A stretch of DNA of 64,000 bases. It comes from Mobula birostris (taxonomy: Eukaryota). Positions within the stretch are counted from its first letter, which is position 1. The number at the start of each line of letters is the position of its first letter. The stretch covers positions 178,584,057 to 178,648,056 of the forward strand of contig NC_092374.1 of the NCBI RefSeq assembly GCF_030028105.1. The letters are read 5' to 3'. The translations under genes were made by a program, and so were the position numbers. The notes under the pieces were generated by a model. That model saw only the letters and a list, made by a program, of their open reading frames with translations, ran no database searches and was not told the DNA's origin. Shown here one piece after another: positions 1-11,199 of the stretch.

Positions 1-104
1 AAGAGTAAGAATCCCACTCTTGGACACTGTAACTTCCATTTGTAATGGTAAGATAATATAAGTTTGTGTTGACTTAGTGACGTTAATTCTTCATTCTTCC
101 CTAG

Positions 105-380
105 TTGCTCCAGAGGTTCAGGTGTTGAAAAAGAGGCCAACAGCTACTGAGGGCGAGAGTCTGTCATGCATCATCACTCCCTTCTACCCCCGTGCTATCA
201 ATGCCACTTGGCTGAAGAATGGACAGGTTGTCTCCAAGGGCTACGAGGTGACCGTGCTACCAAACTACAATGATACATACTGGATGGAACTAGTCATTGA
301 GCTGCAGGATAATGATACGAACATCTATACCTGTCATGTCAAGCACAGCAGCCTGCCGGGGGCACTGATGGTGCAGGGAG
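105..380 (+). CDS. Gene A, MHC class I alpha3 (C1-set Ig) exon, 276 nt, phase 1/1
   Basis: Acceptor ttcttccctag|TT at 104/105, donor GGAG|gtaggt at 380/381. Encodes VAPEV..LSCIITPFYPRAINATWLKNG..VLPN..YTCHVKHSSLP with the C1-set Cys/Trp/Cys pattern. 276 nt is the usual class I alpha3 exon size. Confidence 0.93.
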
Positions 381-960
381 GTAGGTCATCGTACGGTACA
401 GAATTTGCTTCATTCTGTTGTGGTGGCTCATAAATTCATACAGTACTGAAGGAGGCCATTTGGCTCACCACATACATGCTGACCCTCTGGTGCCAGTCTA
501 TTCCAACCAGTACTTGGTCTGTACTTCGGCCTTCTCTTCCTCGATGATTCAAGTGCTTGTCAGAATTATGATATGAAAATTGATCTTTTGCAACAGCAGT
601 ACAGTGCAAAGACATAAAAGGCGTATGAGCTTAGAACATGGACCAACTCATGAAATTATGATACTGTAGCTATAGGTGAGATTTACTAGCTGGAGGGAAG
701 ACTGCCAGCCCAAGGTGTGTGGATGAGAAGAGTATGTAGGTCTAGACCCAGGTGTGGATTGAAGGGAATAAGCAAAATGGCATTTTGACAGACTAGATGG
801 GCCAAATGGACTGCTTCTGTGCTGTAGTGCTCCATGACTGAAAGATAACATAAATTATAAAATGAAGTAATTAGTGCAAAAATTGGAATAATGAGGTTGT
901 GTTCATGGGTTCATGACTATTCATGAATGGTAGAAGAAAAGAAGATGTTTCTGATTAGTG

Positions 961-2777
961 CAACACACATAAAAGTTGCTGGTGAACGCAGCAGGCCAGG
1001 CAGCATCTCTAGGAAGAGGTGCAGTCGACGTTTCAGGCCGAGACCCTTCGTCAGGACTAACTGAAGGAAGAGTGAGAAAGGGATTTGAAAGTTGGAGGGG
1101 GAGGGGGAGATCCAAAATGATAGGAGAAGACAGGAGGGGGAGGGATAGAGCCAAGAGCTGGACAGGTGATTGGCAAAAAGGATACGAGAGGATCATGGGA
1201 CAGGAGGTCTGGGAAGAAAGACAAGGAGGGCGGGGGGACCCAGAGGATGGGCAAGGGGTATATTCAGAGGGACAGAGGGAGAAAAAGGAGAGTGAGAGAA
1301 AGAATGTGTGTATAAAAATAAGTAACAGATGGGCTACGAGGGGGAGGTGGGGCATTAGCGGAAGTTAGAGAAGTCGACGTTCATGCCATCAGGTTGGAAG
1401 CTGCCCAGACGGAATATAGAATGAAAAGCCTCATCCTGAGAGCAGATGCGGTGGAGATGGAGGAATTGCGAGAAGGGGATGGCATTTTTGCAAGAGACAG
1501 GGTGAGAAGAGGAATAGTCCAGATAGCTGCGAGAGTATCCCCTTCCCGCAATTCCTCCGTCTCTGCCGCATCTGCTCTCAGGATGAGGCTTTTCATTCTA
1601 TGACGAGGGAGATGTCTTCCTTTTTTAAAGAAAGAGGCTTCCCTTCCTCTACTATCAACTCTGCTCTTAAACGCATCTCCCCCATTTCACGTACATCTGC
1701 TCTCACTCCATCCTCCCGCCACCCCACTAGGAATAGGGTTCCCCTGGTCCTCACCTACCACCCCACCAGCCTCCGGGTCCAACATATTATTCTACGTAAC
1801 CTCTGCCACCTCCAACGGGATCCCACCACTAAGCACATCTTTCCCTCCCCGCCTCTCTCTGCATTCCGCAGGGATCGCTCCTTACACAACTCCCTTGTTC
1901 ATTCGTCCCCCCCCATCCCTCCCCACTGATCTCCCTCCTGGCACTTATCCGTGTAAGCGGAACAAGTGCTACACATGCCCTTACACTTCCTCCCTTACCA
2001 CCATTCAGGGTCCCAAACAGTCCTTTCAGGTGAGGCAACACTTCACCTGTGAGTCGGCTGGGGTGATATACTGCGTCTGGTGCTCCCGATGTGGCCTTCT
2101 ATATATTGGTGAGACCCGACGCAGACTGGGAGACCGCTTTGCTGAACACCTACGCTCTGTCCGCCAGAGAAAGCAGGATCTCCCAGTGGCCACACATTTT
2201 AATTCCACATCCCATTCCCATTCTGACATGTCTATCCACGGCTTCCTCTACTGTAAAGATGAAGCCACACTCAGGTTGGAGGAACAACACCTTACATTCC
2301 ATCTGGGTAGCCTCCAACCTGATGGCATGAACATCGACTTCTCTAACTTCCGCTAAGGCCCCACCTCCCCCTCGTACCCTGTCTGTTACTTATTTTTATG
2401 CACACATTCTTTCTCTCACTCTCCTTTTTCTCCCCCTGTCCATCTGAATATACCTCTTGCCCATCCTCTGGGTCCCCCCCCCTTGTCTTTCTCCCCAGAC
2501 CTCCTGTCCCATGATCCTCTCGTATCCCTTTTGTCAATCACCTGTCCAGCTCTTGGCTCCATCCCTCCCCCTCCTGTCTTCTCCTATCATTTTGGATCTC
2601 CCCCTCCCCCTCCAACTTTCAAATCCCTTACTCACTCTTCCTTCAGTTAGTCCTGACGAGGGGTCTCAGCCTGAAACGTCGACTGCACCTCTTCCTAGAG
2701 ATGCTGCCTGGCCTGCTGCGTTCACCAGCAACTTTGATATGTGTTGCTTGAATTTCCAGCATCTGCAGGATTCCTGC
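961..2777 (+). mobile_element. Penelope-like retroelement (RT C-terminus, GIY-YIG endonuclease, 3' region) with an inverted 5' copy; 15-bp TSD
   Basis: ORF 1895-2356 has CxxC and VIYC..C..CGLLYIGETRRRLGDRF.EH (GIY-YIG). TSD TGTTTCTGATTAGTG at 946-960 and 2778-2792. Arms 961-1415/2292-2746 and 1416-1480/1537-1601 are inverted. Confidence 0.9.
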
Positions 2778-3639
2778 TGTTTCTGATTAGTGTCTTCTTT
2801 GTGAGTCCTGTATCTTTTCCCTGATTGCATTAAAGGAGAAGAGGGCATGTCCCAGATGGCAAGGGTCCTGAGTACTGGATGCCACCTTCTTGAAGCACTA
2901 CCGCTTGAAGATGTCTTCGGTGGTGGGGTGGTTTCTGCGCATGATGGAGCTGACTGTGTCAACAATTCTCTGCAGCTTCTTATACTTCGTAGATATCAAA
3001 ATAATTTTTAAACGCTGTGAGAATGTCTGCCTATACCAGCCCCTTAGGCAGAGCATTCCCATCTCCCACTAACCCATTAATTAAAAAAAAATCTTCTCTC
3101 TATTCTCTCTAAATCTCTTAATCCTTGCCTTAAACCTACCTCTACAGTAATAAGCAACTCTGCCATGGGGAAAAGTTTGCTGCTGTTTTATAAAAGAAAT
3201 TAAGCAGGAGCAGTATACAAACTACTGCAGTAAAAAAAAAGCTTTGTTCTTTCAGCATTTTGTACATTTTTCCTTTCAATGCCCCTAACAATTTTGTATA
3301 ATGCCATCAGCTCCTCTCACAACCTCCTCCCATTCAGGGAAATCAAACCCAGCCTCTTCACTGAAACACTGCATCCCAATAAATTCCTGGTGAATCTCCT
3401 GTGTACTCTGTCCCATGCAATCAAATTGTTCCTCTGGGTTGGTGACTGAAAATGCATCAAGTACTTGGGATGTAGCGTAGGTAATGTTTTGTAAAGCTGT
3501 TCCATAATTTCCTTGGTCTTGTATTCTGTGCCCATATTAATGAACACTCGTACCCTGTACACTTTGTTCATCACTATACCTACCTCTTTGACTGACCTGA
3601 TGATGTATCTCCTCAGTAAAGCTGCACCAGAGCTTCACA

Positions 3640-3900
3640 GAACACCATGGTAGTGTAGTTCAGAGTTCAGTTCCAATACCCTCTGTAAGAGTTTGTATGT
3701 TCTCTCCATGAACTGCCTGGATATCCTCTGGCTGCTCCGGTTTCCTCCCATAGTCCACAGACGTACCAGCTAGTGGGTTAATTTGTCATTGTAAATTGCC
3801 CTATGATGAGGCTGGTGTTAAATAGGGGGGTTGTTGGGTGGTGCAGTGCATTGGTCCAGCAGGGGCTGATCTGAACAGTATCTCTAAATAAAACAAATTA
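3640..3900 (+). mobile_element. tRNA-derived SINE (V-SINE/HE1-like), degenerate
   Basis: Core gtttgtatgttctc...gctccggtttcctccca...gggttaatttgtcattgtaaattgccc and an A-rich end; family name assigned from recalled consensus. Confidence 0.6.
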
Positions 3901-5161
3901 TATTTTATGCCCTGATTAATAAATCCTGTAGGCTTTCTTTACCACCCTGTCTATCACTTTGAAAGAGCTGATCAAGTAGCTCCACTCTTCTCTTACACGC
4001 CTCTGAACGTTTCTTTCTTCAAAAAACATGTCCCATGTCCTTGCTGAAAGTTATTATTTACAAGGTTACAGTATCTTCAGATTTTCTCTTGTTTGTGTTC
4101 AGTCGTAAGAAGCAATTATGAGTTATGGGCCAAAGAAACATAATAGACGCTCAAGGAAAGAAACAACTGAGAAGTGATTCGGCCTATGGGTCAAGACCTT
4201 CCTGGCTGAGAAATGACTGATATTCAGAGAAGTCATAGACCCTTACCGAACAAAAACAGGCCCATCTGCACAACTGGTCTATGCCAACCAAAATTCCTAA
4301 CATGGCCCATATACTACCAAACATTTCCTGTCTATCTACTGGTTCCAGTGATTTTTTTTTTGTTTAAAATGTTGTTAATGTAGCTGCCAAAACCATTTTC
4401 TCTTGCATCTCCTTCCCTGTGCTGACAACTTCTGCTTGAGAATGTTGGCCCTCCGGTTTCTATTATATTTTTCACTAATCACCTTAAACCTTTGTCCTAA
4501 AGTTCCTGATGCCCAAATCCTGGGAAAGAGATTGTGCATTCATCCTCTCTATGCTCTTTATGATTTTATACGTTATTCTATATATCTCAACCTCTTACAT
4601 TCAAGGGAAAATAATGCCAAGCTATGCTACTTCCCCTTCTAATTCAAGTGTACCTTTCTTGGCAACATCCTTGAGAATATTTTGTACACCTTTTCCAGTT
4701 TAATGACTTCCTTCCTTTGTCAATATGCATAAGATCACCCCATTCTCCTCAGCTCCAGTGAATAAGACATCGCCCGCACCATACATTCTTTCTTCTTCCC
4801 CCATCTTCTGCTGAGCAGAAGGTACGAAAGCCTGAAAGCACACACTGATGATCAAGGACAGCTTCTATTTTGCTGTTATAACAGTATTGTAGAGTTCCAT
4901 AGTACGGCACGTTTAACCTTTGATGTCACGATCAACCGTATTGTGGCCCTTGCTCCTTACTGTGTGCCTGCTCTCTACTTCCTCTGTAACTGTTACAAGT
5001 TGCTTTGCATTCTGTTATTTTTGCCCCTTGTATTATCTCAATGTGCAATTGTAATGCAATTATCTGTGGATGGCATGCAGTATAAAGATTTTTCAGTGTA
5101 CCTTGGTACATGTGACAACAATATTAAAATATTACCAATTTACCAATCTTTACTTGGTGAG

Positions 5162-5241
5162 TGGGAGCCGGGGAGCCTCGTGGTGCAGGTCCTTTGCTGG
5201 GGCTGATGGCGACACTTACGATGATGATTAAAGTGGTGTAG
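5162..5241 (+). CDS. Gene A, terminal coding (membrane-anchor/GPI-signal-like) exon; exon continues as UTR to 5277 or 5281
   Basis: The first AG after a ~63-nt AG-free stretch is 5160-5161. Phase-1 reading gives (V)GAGEPRGAGPLLGLMATLTMMIKVV-TAG(5239-5241). Homologous to 19777-19853 on the minus strand. Confidence 0.72.
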
Positions 5242-5362
5242 AGGAGCAGCAAGGAGAGAGTCAAGACTTTAGTGCAGGTGGGTAAACACGCAGGTCCTTT
5301 CACTAATCCTGCTTGCTGTCACAGTATTGCTCAACCAATCTCTTCTCGTTTTCCTTTTGCAG

Positions 5363-5930
5363 GTGGGTGTTTGGCCCAAATCTCAAGCTCAGCTCTGAAC
5401 ACAAGCTGGATCCTCTGCCTGGTTTTGTGATTAATGGTTCAACACCTAAGCAAGCTTAGTGTTGGCTCCAGTGCGGGAAATGCTTAGCTGAATCTTCTGC
5501 CACCTTACAGCTCGTCTGTTTTGCAATGTTATAACTTTTTCTTACATCTCACTCAGCGATCAGGTTTCAGTGTTGTGGTGTGTTGAAGTTTCAACTTCTC
5601 ATTCGTAAAGCCCTACTTGACCTGAATAGCTCTTCCCAACCCTAACGCCAATGCAATACTGTATATCAGACCATTGGTGTGAGGAACTACTGCCAAGGCA
5701 AGTTAGTGGGATAAAGCAGTGGAAGATTTACTGGGCATTTGGAAAGACCTGAATGGAAGAGTGAATTCCTGTTGTGAACTCTGGATACCTAAGATGAATT
5801 CTTCCCTTAATATGAGATTGGGAGGGTCCAACATTTTCTTTAAAATAGGAACAGAAACCCCTGGATATTGGTGCAATTTGGGCTGACGTAGAGTTAAAAA
5901 TTAATCTAAGGTTCATAGAGTGGTGTAAAT
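5363..5930 (+). other. Gene A, last (3' UTR) exon, end approximate
   Basis: Intron 5278/5282-5362 has a cactaat branch-like motif and a ttttccttttgcag acceptor. Downstream sequence aligns in inverted orientation with 18541-18917 plus 19553-19650. Confidence 0.55.
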
Positions 5931-6479
5931 ATGCCCACTATCCCTGCTGGTGGTTTGGACAGATCTGTGTTCTTTCCTCTGGAGTGTTGGAGGCATGGTA
6001 AGCCTGATGGGCATTTATATAATCCTCAGCAGCACCAGACAGAGGGTAGTCAGTCTTTTTCCCAGCCCAGAAATGTCCAATGTTAGAGAGCATCACTTTA
6101 GTTTAAAGGAGTTGTTCTTTTTTAATATGCTAAGTCTGGTAGGTGCCTGGAATGCATTACCAGGCGTGATGGTGCAAACAGACATCATACTGGTCATTAA
6201 AAGGCATTTAGACAGACACATGGACCTGTGGGAACGAAGGGATAGGGACCATGCGCAGACAGATACTTAGTTTAATTAGGCATCATGAATAGCATGGTCA
6301 TTATAGGCTGAAGGGCCTATTGCAGTGCTGTAATGTTTTCTGTTCTAAGGTCTAATGCGGTTATTTCCCTGGATCATGTGTACTGTTTGCTATTATGACT
6401 GAAGTGTCAGCCTTTGCTATTGCCTTGTCGATATCACTGGTTGGGTCGAGGAGGACTCTCAGCTTGTTATCTGAAGGCA

Positions 6480-6620
6480 CTATCACACAGCAAGTAGAGC
6501 AAAGCCTCTCTACTCCAGTGACACGGGTTCAATCCTGATCTCCAGCATGGTCCGTGTGGAGTTTGCACATTCTTCCTGTGACGGGTCATGGTCTTCTCAT
6601 CCAGAAATATTTTGGTAGAC
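6480..6620 (+). mobile_element. 5' part of a tRNA-derived SINE
   Basis: B-box-like ggttcaatcc followed by gtgtggagtttgcacattct. Confidence 0.55.
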
Positions 6621-7391
6621 ATTCAGACATCATGAGGCATGGGATCCATAGAAACCTGTCTGCATGGATACGGAATTGGCTTGCCCAAAGAAGGCAGAGG
6701 GTGGTAGTGGTTGGAACGTATTATGTCTGGAGGGAGATTGAACAGTGGAATGTACAGCATAGGAACAGGCTATTTGACTCATAATTTGTACCAAACCAAT
6801 TAAAAAGCAAATCAAAAACACCCAAACACTAATCCGTCCTACCTACATTGTCCATTTCCCTCCATCCTCCTTATATCCATGTGCCTATCCAAACGTCTCT
6901 TAACTGCCTCTAATGTGTTTGCCTCTACCACCATGCCAGGCATCCACAACTCTCAGTAAAGGAACACCTCTCACGTCCCCCTTGAACCTACCCCATCTCA
7001 CCTTCAATGCATGCCCTCTGGTATTAGACATTTCAACCTTGGGAATGGATACTCTCTGTCCACTCTATATATGCCTCACACAATCATGTAAACCTCAGTC
7101 AGATCTGCCCTCATCCTCTGACGCTCCAGAGAAAGCAACCCAAGTTTATCCAGCATCTCATGTTAGCACACGCCCTTTAAACCAGGCAACACCCTGGTGA
7201 AGCTCTTCTGCACCCTCTCCAAAGTCCCGACATCCTTTATATAATGGGGCTACCAGAACTGTCTGCCATACTCAGGATGTGGCCGAACCAGAGTTTTATA
7301 AAGTTGCAGCATAACCTCCTGATTTTTCAACTCATTGCCTCCACTAATAAGAGCAAACATTCCATTGCCTTCTTAACCAATGTACTGTTCA

Positions 7392-7650
7392 CAGCTGAAT
7401 TTAAAGTGCTCCAGCACTTGGATCCAAACATGCAGAATCCAAGTGTGCTTGCCTCTTCACAACTCAGGAACTTGGCGTTAATAGTTAATGTGATAAATAT
7501 TTCAACATTTATAAAATATTTCATCCTGTCTGAAAGATAAAGACAAGCATTGATTCAGGAGAAATTAAAAACCTGCTCTAATTTTACTCCATCTGGAATA
7601 AACCAATCAGAATTACTGATACGTGTAGTTAAACTATTAAAATACCATCG
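7392..7650 (+). repeat. Dispersed direct repeat, copy 1 (copy 2 at 10872-11143)
   Basis: Shared blocks cagctgaatttaaagtgct, cagaatccaa, aagataaag(a/g)caagcatt, taattttactccatctggaa, aaataccatc; roughly 70-75% identity by eye. Confidence 0.8.
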
Positions 7651-7759
7651 AGATAAAGACAAACATTGATTCAAATAATTATCCAGGAGAAATTAAAAAA
7701 CATACTTTTCCAGTACACTGTGGAATTGATCCTTAAACATCCTTCACATGTCTAATGTG

Positions 7760-10620
7760 GACTTGTCAGAGGAGGGTGTTTCCAATTAGCACTTCTTAGT
7801 TCCTGCCTAGTGCCCTCATAATTTAGTCTACTCTAATTTAAAACTCTCCACAAGGACCATACCTAACTTTATCGATACCTGTACTTATACTGAAAGTTGA
7901 GAAGTAGTGGTCACTGCTCCCTAACTGTCCCCATCCACTGAAAGATCAGTCACCCGGCCAGGCTCATGACCCAACAGCAGGTCCAATATGGCCTCTCCAC
8001 TCATTGGACTGTCCGCATATGGATTGAAGAATCCTTTCTGAATACACTGAACAAATTCAACTCCATCTGGCATTCATACCCTATATTCCCTCTGACCTTC
8101 ACCTGTCTGGGGCAGAAAGTTCAGTCCTCAGCAAAGGCCTTCCCTTTGTATCCCGCACCCACTCCTCAGTGAATTCCATGACCGCTATGATACTGAGCTC
8201 TTCCTCTGCCGCTTCCTTCTCCGTGCCTACTTCTTTGGCAAGGACTCTCCAGCTTGCACTGATAAGTCCTTCTCCCGTCCAACCCTCCTCCTCTTCCTGG
8301 ACTCCCTGCTTGGGTCTCCTGCCTGCTCTATATCTTTTCATTGCTAACTGCCTACGAGACATCAACCGTCTTGACTTTACCACTCCTCTCTCCAATCCTA
8401 ACCTCACCAACAAACCCACAGATAAGTGCTGTTCTGTAGTAGTCTGACAGAGTGACCTTTACATTTGTGAGGCCAGTCAACAACTCTCAGACACCTCCTC
8501 TTATTTACCCCTCAAACAGACCCCACTAAGGAGCACCAGCCCATTGTCACCTGCACCATCACTGACTTTATTAACTATGGGGGCTCCCATCCACTGCCAC
8601 CAACCTCATAGTTTCCTTACCCCACACCTCCCATTTCTACCATCTTCCCAATGCCCATCAACCTGCCTGTCCAGATAGAATCATCGTTTCTTCTGGTTCC
8701 TGCCCCACAAAATTTATATCTGCATACCTTGACTCTGTTTTCCCCCCAGTTCAGTCCCTTCCGACCTATATCTGTGATACATCACACGCTCTTGATCTTT
8801 TCAATGACTTCAAGATCCCTGGCCCTGGTCATCTCATTTTCACTATGGGTGTCCAGTCCCTATGCACCTCCATCCCCATCAGGCCTCAAAGCCCTCCTTG
8901 CTGGACCCCAGACCCAACCAGTTCCCTTCCACCACCACTCTACTCTATCTGACAGACTTGTTCCTCACTCTCAATTATTTCTCCTTTGTCTCCTCCCACT
9001 TCCCCCACAAAAGGTGTAGCCATGGGGATTTGCATGGGGCCCAGCCAATGTTCCCTCTAATTTGTAATGACCAGTGTGCACAAAAATCTTGTGCTGTGCA
9101 ATTTTTTACTCAGTGACAACTACATGTGCGCACTAAATAACTTCTTCAATAGAAATAGCATAAATAAGCCTGCAGGCAAATCATTGCAATCTCTACGTTG
9201 TCAAAACTGTCTGCTTCAGAAACTGTAAAATGAAATGTGATTGCGAACAATCATAAAAAATATTTAGCATGCCAACAAGGTAGAAGGTAGAAGGTGACAA
9301 CCTTTTTTTGCACAGTTTGAGTTCCTTTGTGTGCTAGTAGCAAAAGATGTGTGCACTTCACGGGGAACATTGGTCCCAGCTATACCTGCCTTTTTGCTGG
9401 CTACGTGGAACACTCTATGTTCCAAGCCCTCATCGGTATCACTCCCCAGCTTTTCCTACGCTACATTGAAGATACATTAGGGCTGCTTCCTGCACCCATG
9501 TAGAGCTCATTGACTTCATCAACTTTGCATCCATCTTCCACCCTGCCCACAAATTTACCTGATCCATTTCCAACACCTCCCTCCCCTTTCTCAATCTCTC
9601 TGCTTGTATCTCTGGAGACAGTTTATCCACTGAAATCTTTTATAAACCCACTGATTCTCACAGCTACCTGCACTGCACCTCATACCACCCTGTAACTTGT
9701 AAAATTGCCACTCCTTCTCTCAAATCTTCCATCTCTACTGCACTTGCTCTCAAGATGAGGATATTCATTCTGGAACAATTGAAATGTCCTCCTTCTTCAA
9801 AGAAAGGGGCTTTCCTTCCTCCACAATCAATGCTGCCCTCGCCCACATCTCTTCCATTTCACACATGTCTGCCCTCACTCCATTCCCCCATCATCCTACC
9901 AGAGATAGGATTCCTCTTGTCCTCACCTACCAACCCACCAGCCTCAGCATTCAGTACATGATTCTACGCAACTTCCACCATCTCCAACAGGATTCCACCA
10001 CCAAGCACACCTTTCCCTTCACCAGAAAAAGCAGGAATTCCCAGGGCCACCCATTTCAATTCTACTTCCCCTTCTGATGTGTCAGTCCATGTCCTCCTCT
10101 GCTGCCATGCTGAGGCCTCACTCAGCTGGAGGAGTAATATCTTATATTCCGTCTGGGTAGCCTCCAACCTGATGGCATGAACATCGATTTCTTGAACTTC
10201 GAGTAATTGACGCCCCCTTCACCATTTCCCGTTCCCGTTTCCCTCTATCACCTAATCTGCTTACCTGTCCATCACCTCCCCTGGTACTCCTTCTCCTTCA
10301 CTTCCCTCCATGGCCTTCTGTCCTCTCCAAGCAGACTTCCCCTTCTACAACACTTTCTCTCTTTCACCAGTCAACTTCCCAGCTCTTTACTCCACCCCTC
10401 ACCCTCTCCAGGTGTCACCTATCATCTACTACCTTCCACTTCTTCCTCCCCTCCCCTAACGTCATACGCTGACTTCCCATCTCTTTATTTCTAGTCCCAA
10501 TGAAGGGTATCGGCCCAAAATGTCAACTGTTTACTCTTTTCCATAGATGCTTCCTGTCCTGTTGAGTTCCTCCAGCATATTGTGTGTATTATTTTGATTT
10601 CCAGCATCCGCAGATTTTCT
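7760..10620 (+). mobile_element. Degenerate long Penelope-like element (RT region to 3' end), interrupted by a MITE
   Basis: 9755-10200 is homologous to 1600-2356 (MSSFFKERGFPSSTIN..., aacctgatggcatgaacatcga). The RT segment ggtgtagccatggg...cccagctat is split at 9045/9373. Confidence 0.8.
9046..9372. mobile_element. hAT-like non-autonomous DNA transposon (MITE), 327 bp
   Basis: Perfect 10-bp TIR CAATGTTCCC...GGGAACATTG; 8-bp TSD ggcccagc (9038-9045) / gtcccagc (9373-9380), one mismatch. Confidence 0.8.
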
Positions 10621-10871
10621 CTTGTATGTGATTCAACCCCACCTGAACCCCTTTCACTAAGAAGGTCCCAGTTTGTATAAGGGAAGTTGAAATCCCCCAT
10701 GACAATAACATTTTTAAAAATCAAATGATTTTTATTTAGTTATTAACTACAGAAATTTATTAAATTAGAGGAAAATCTAAAATGATTTATAGAAAATCTT
10801 TAAAAATTGAAATTCAACCCCTAATTGCACATTACCACATGGCAAACATATTTCAATGACAGAACACATCG

Positions 10872-11143
10872 CAGCTGAATTTAAAGTGCTGCAGATTTTT
10901 GGAACCAGACATTCAGAATCCAACACTGCTTGCCTCTTTCACAAACTCAGTATCTCGACTTAAATGATGGTTAATATGATGAAAATTTAATCATCTGTAA
11001 AATATTAAGTCATGTCTAAAAGATAAAGGCAAGCATTCATTCAAATAATCTTCCAAGAGAAATTAAAAGCGTGCCCTAATTTTACTCCATCTGGAAAAAA
11101 CCAACCAGAAAAACCGATACAGTTATGCCATGAAAATACCATC
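10872..11143 (+). repeat. Dispersed direct repeat, copy 2
   Basis: Same shared blocks as 7392-7650. Confidence 0.8.
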
Positions 11144-11199
11144 AAATACTCTCCTTCTCTCACATAGAAAGAATTGTGCAACCGGCAAGATGTGATTTG

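Noticed and set aside
77-433. Ig C1 ORF read as MHC class II beta2, Ig/TCR constant or W-category domain
   Set aside because: Its paralog at 22123-22389 splices in phase to class I alpha1 and alpha2 exons, so it is a class I alpha3; ORF ends outside 105-380 are intron read-through.
5363-5430. Frame GGCLAQISSSALNTSWILCLVL* resembling a second GPI signal
   Set aside because: Lies downstream of the shared TAG, and the frame is not conserved in gene B.
5363-5459. 31-codon phase-2 frames ending ...TP(K/Q)QA* at the same position in both last exons
   Set aside because: No phase-2 donor exists upstream, and the middle parts are in different frames; probably coincidental compensating indels in UTR.
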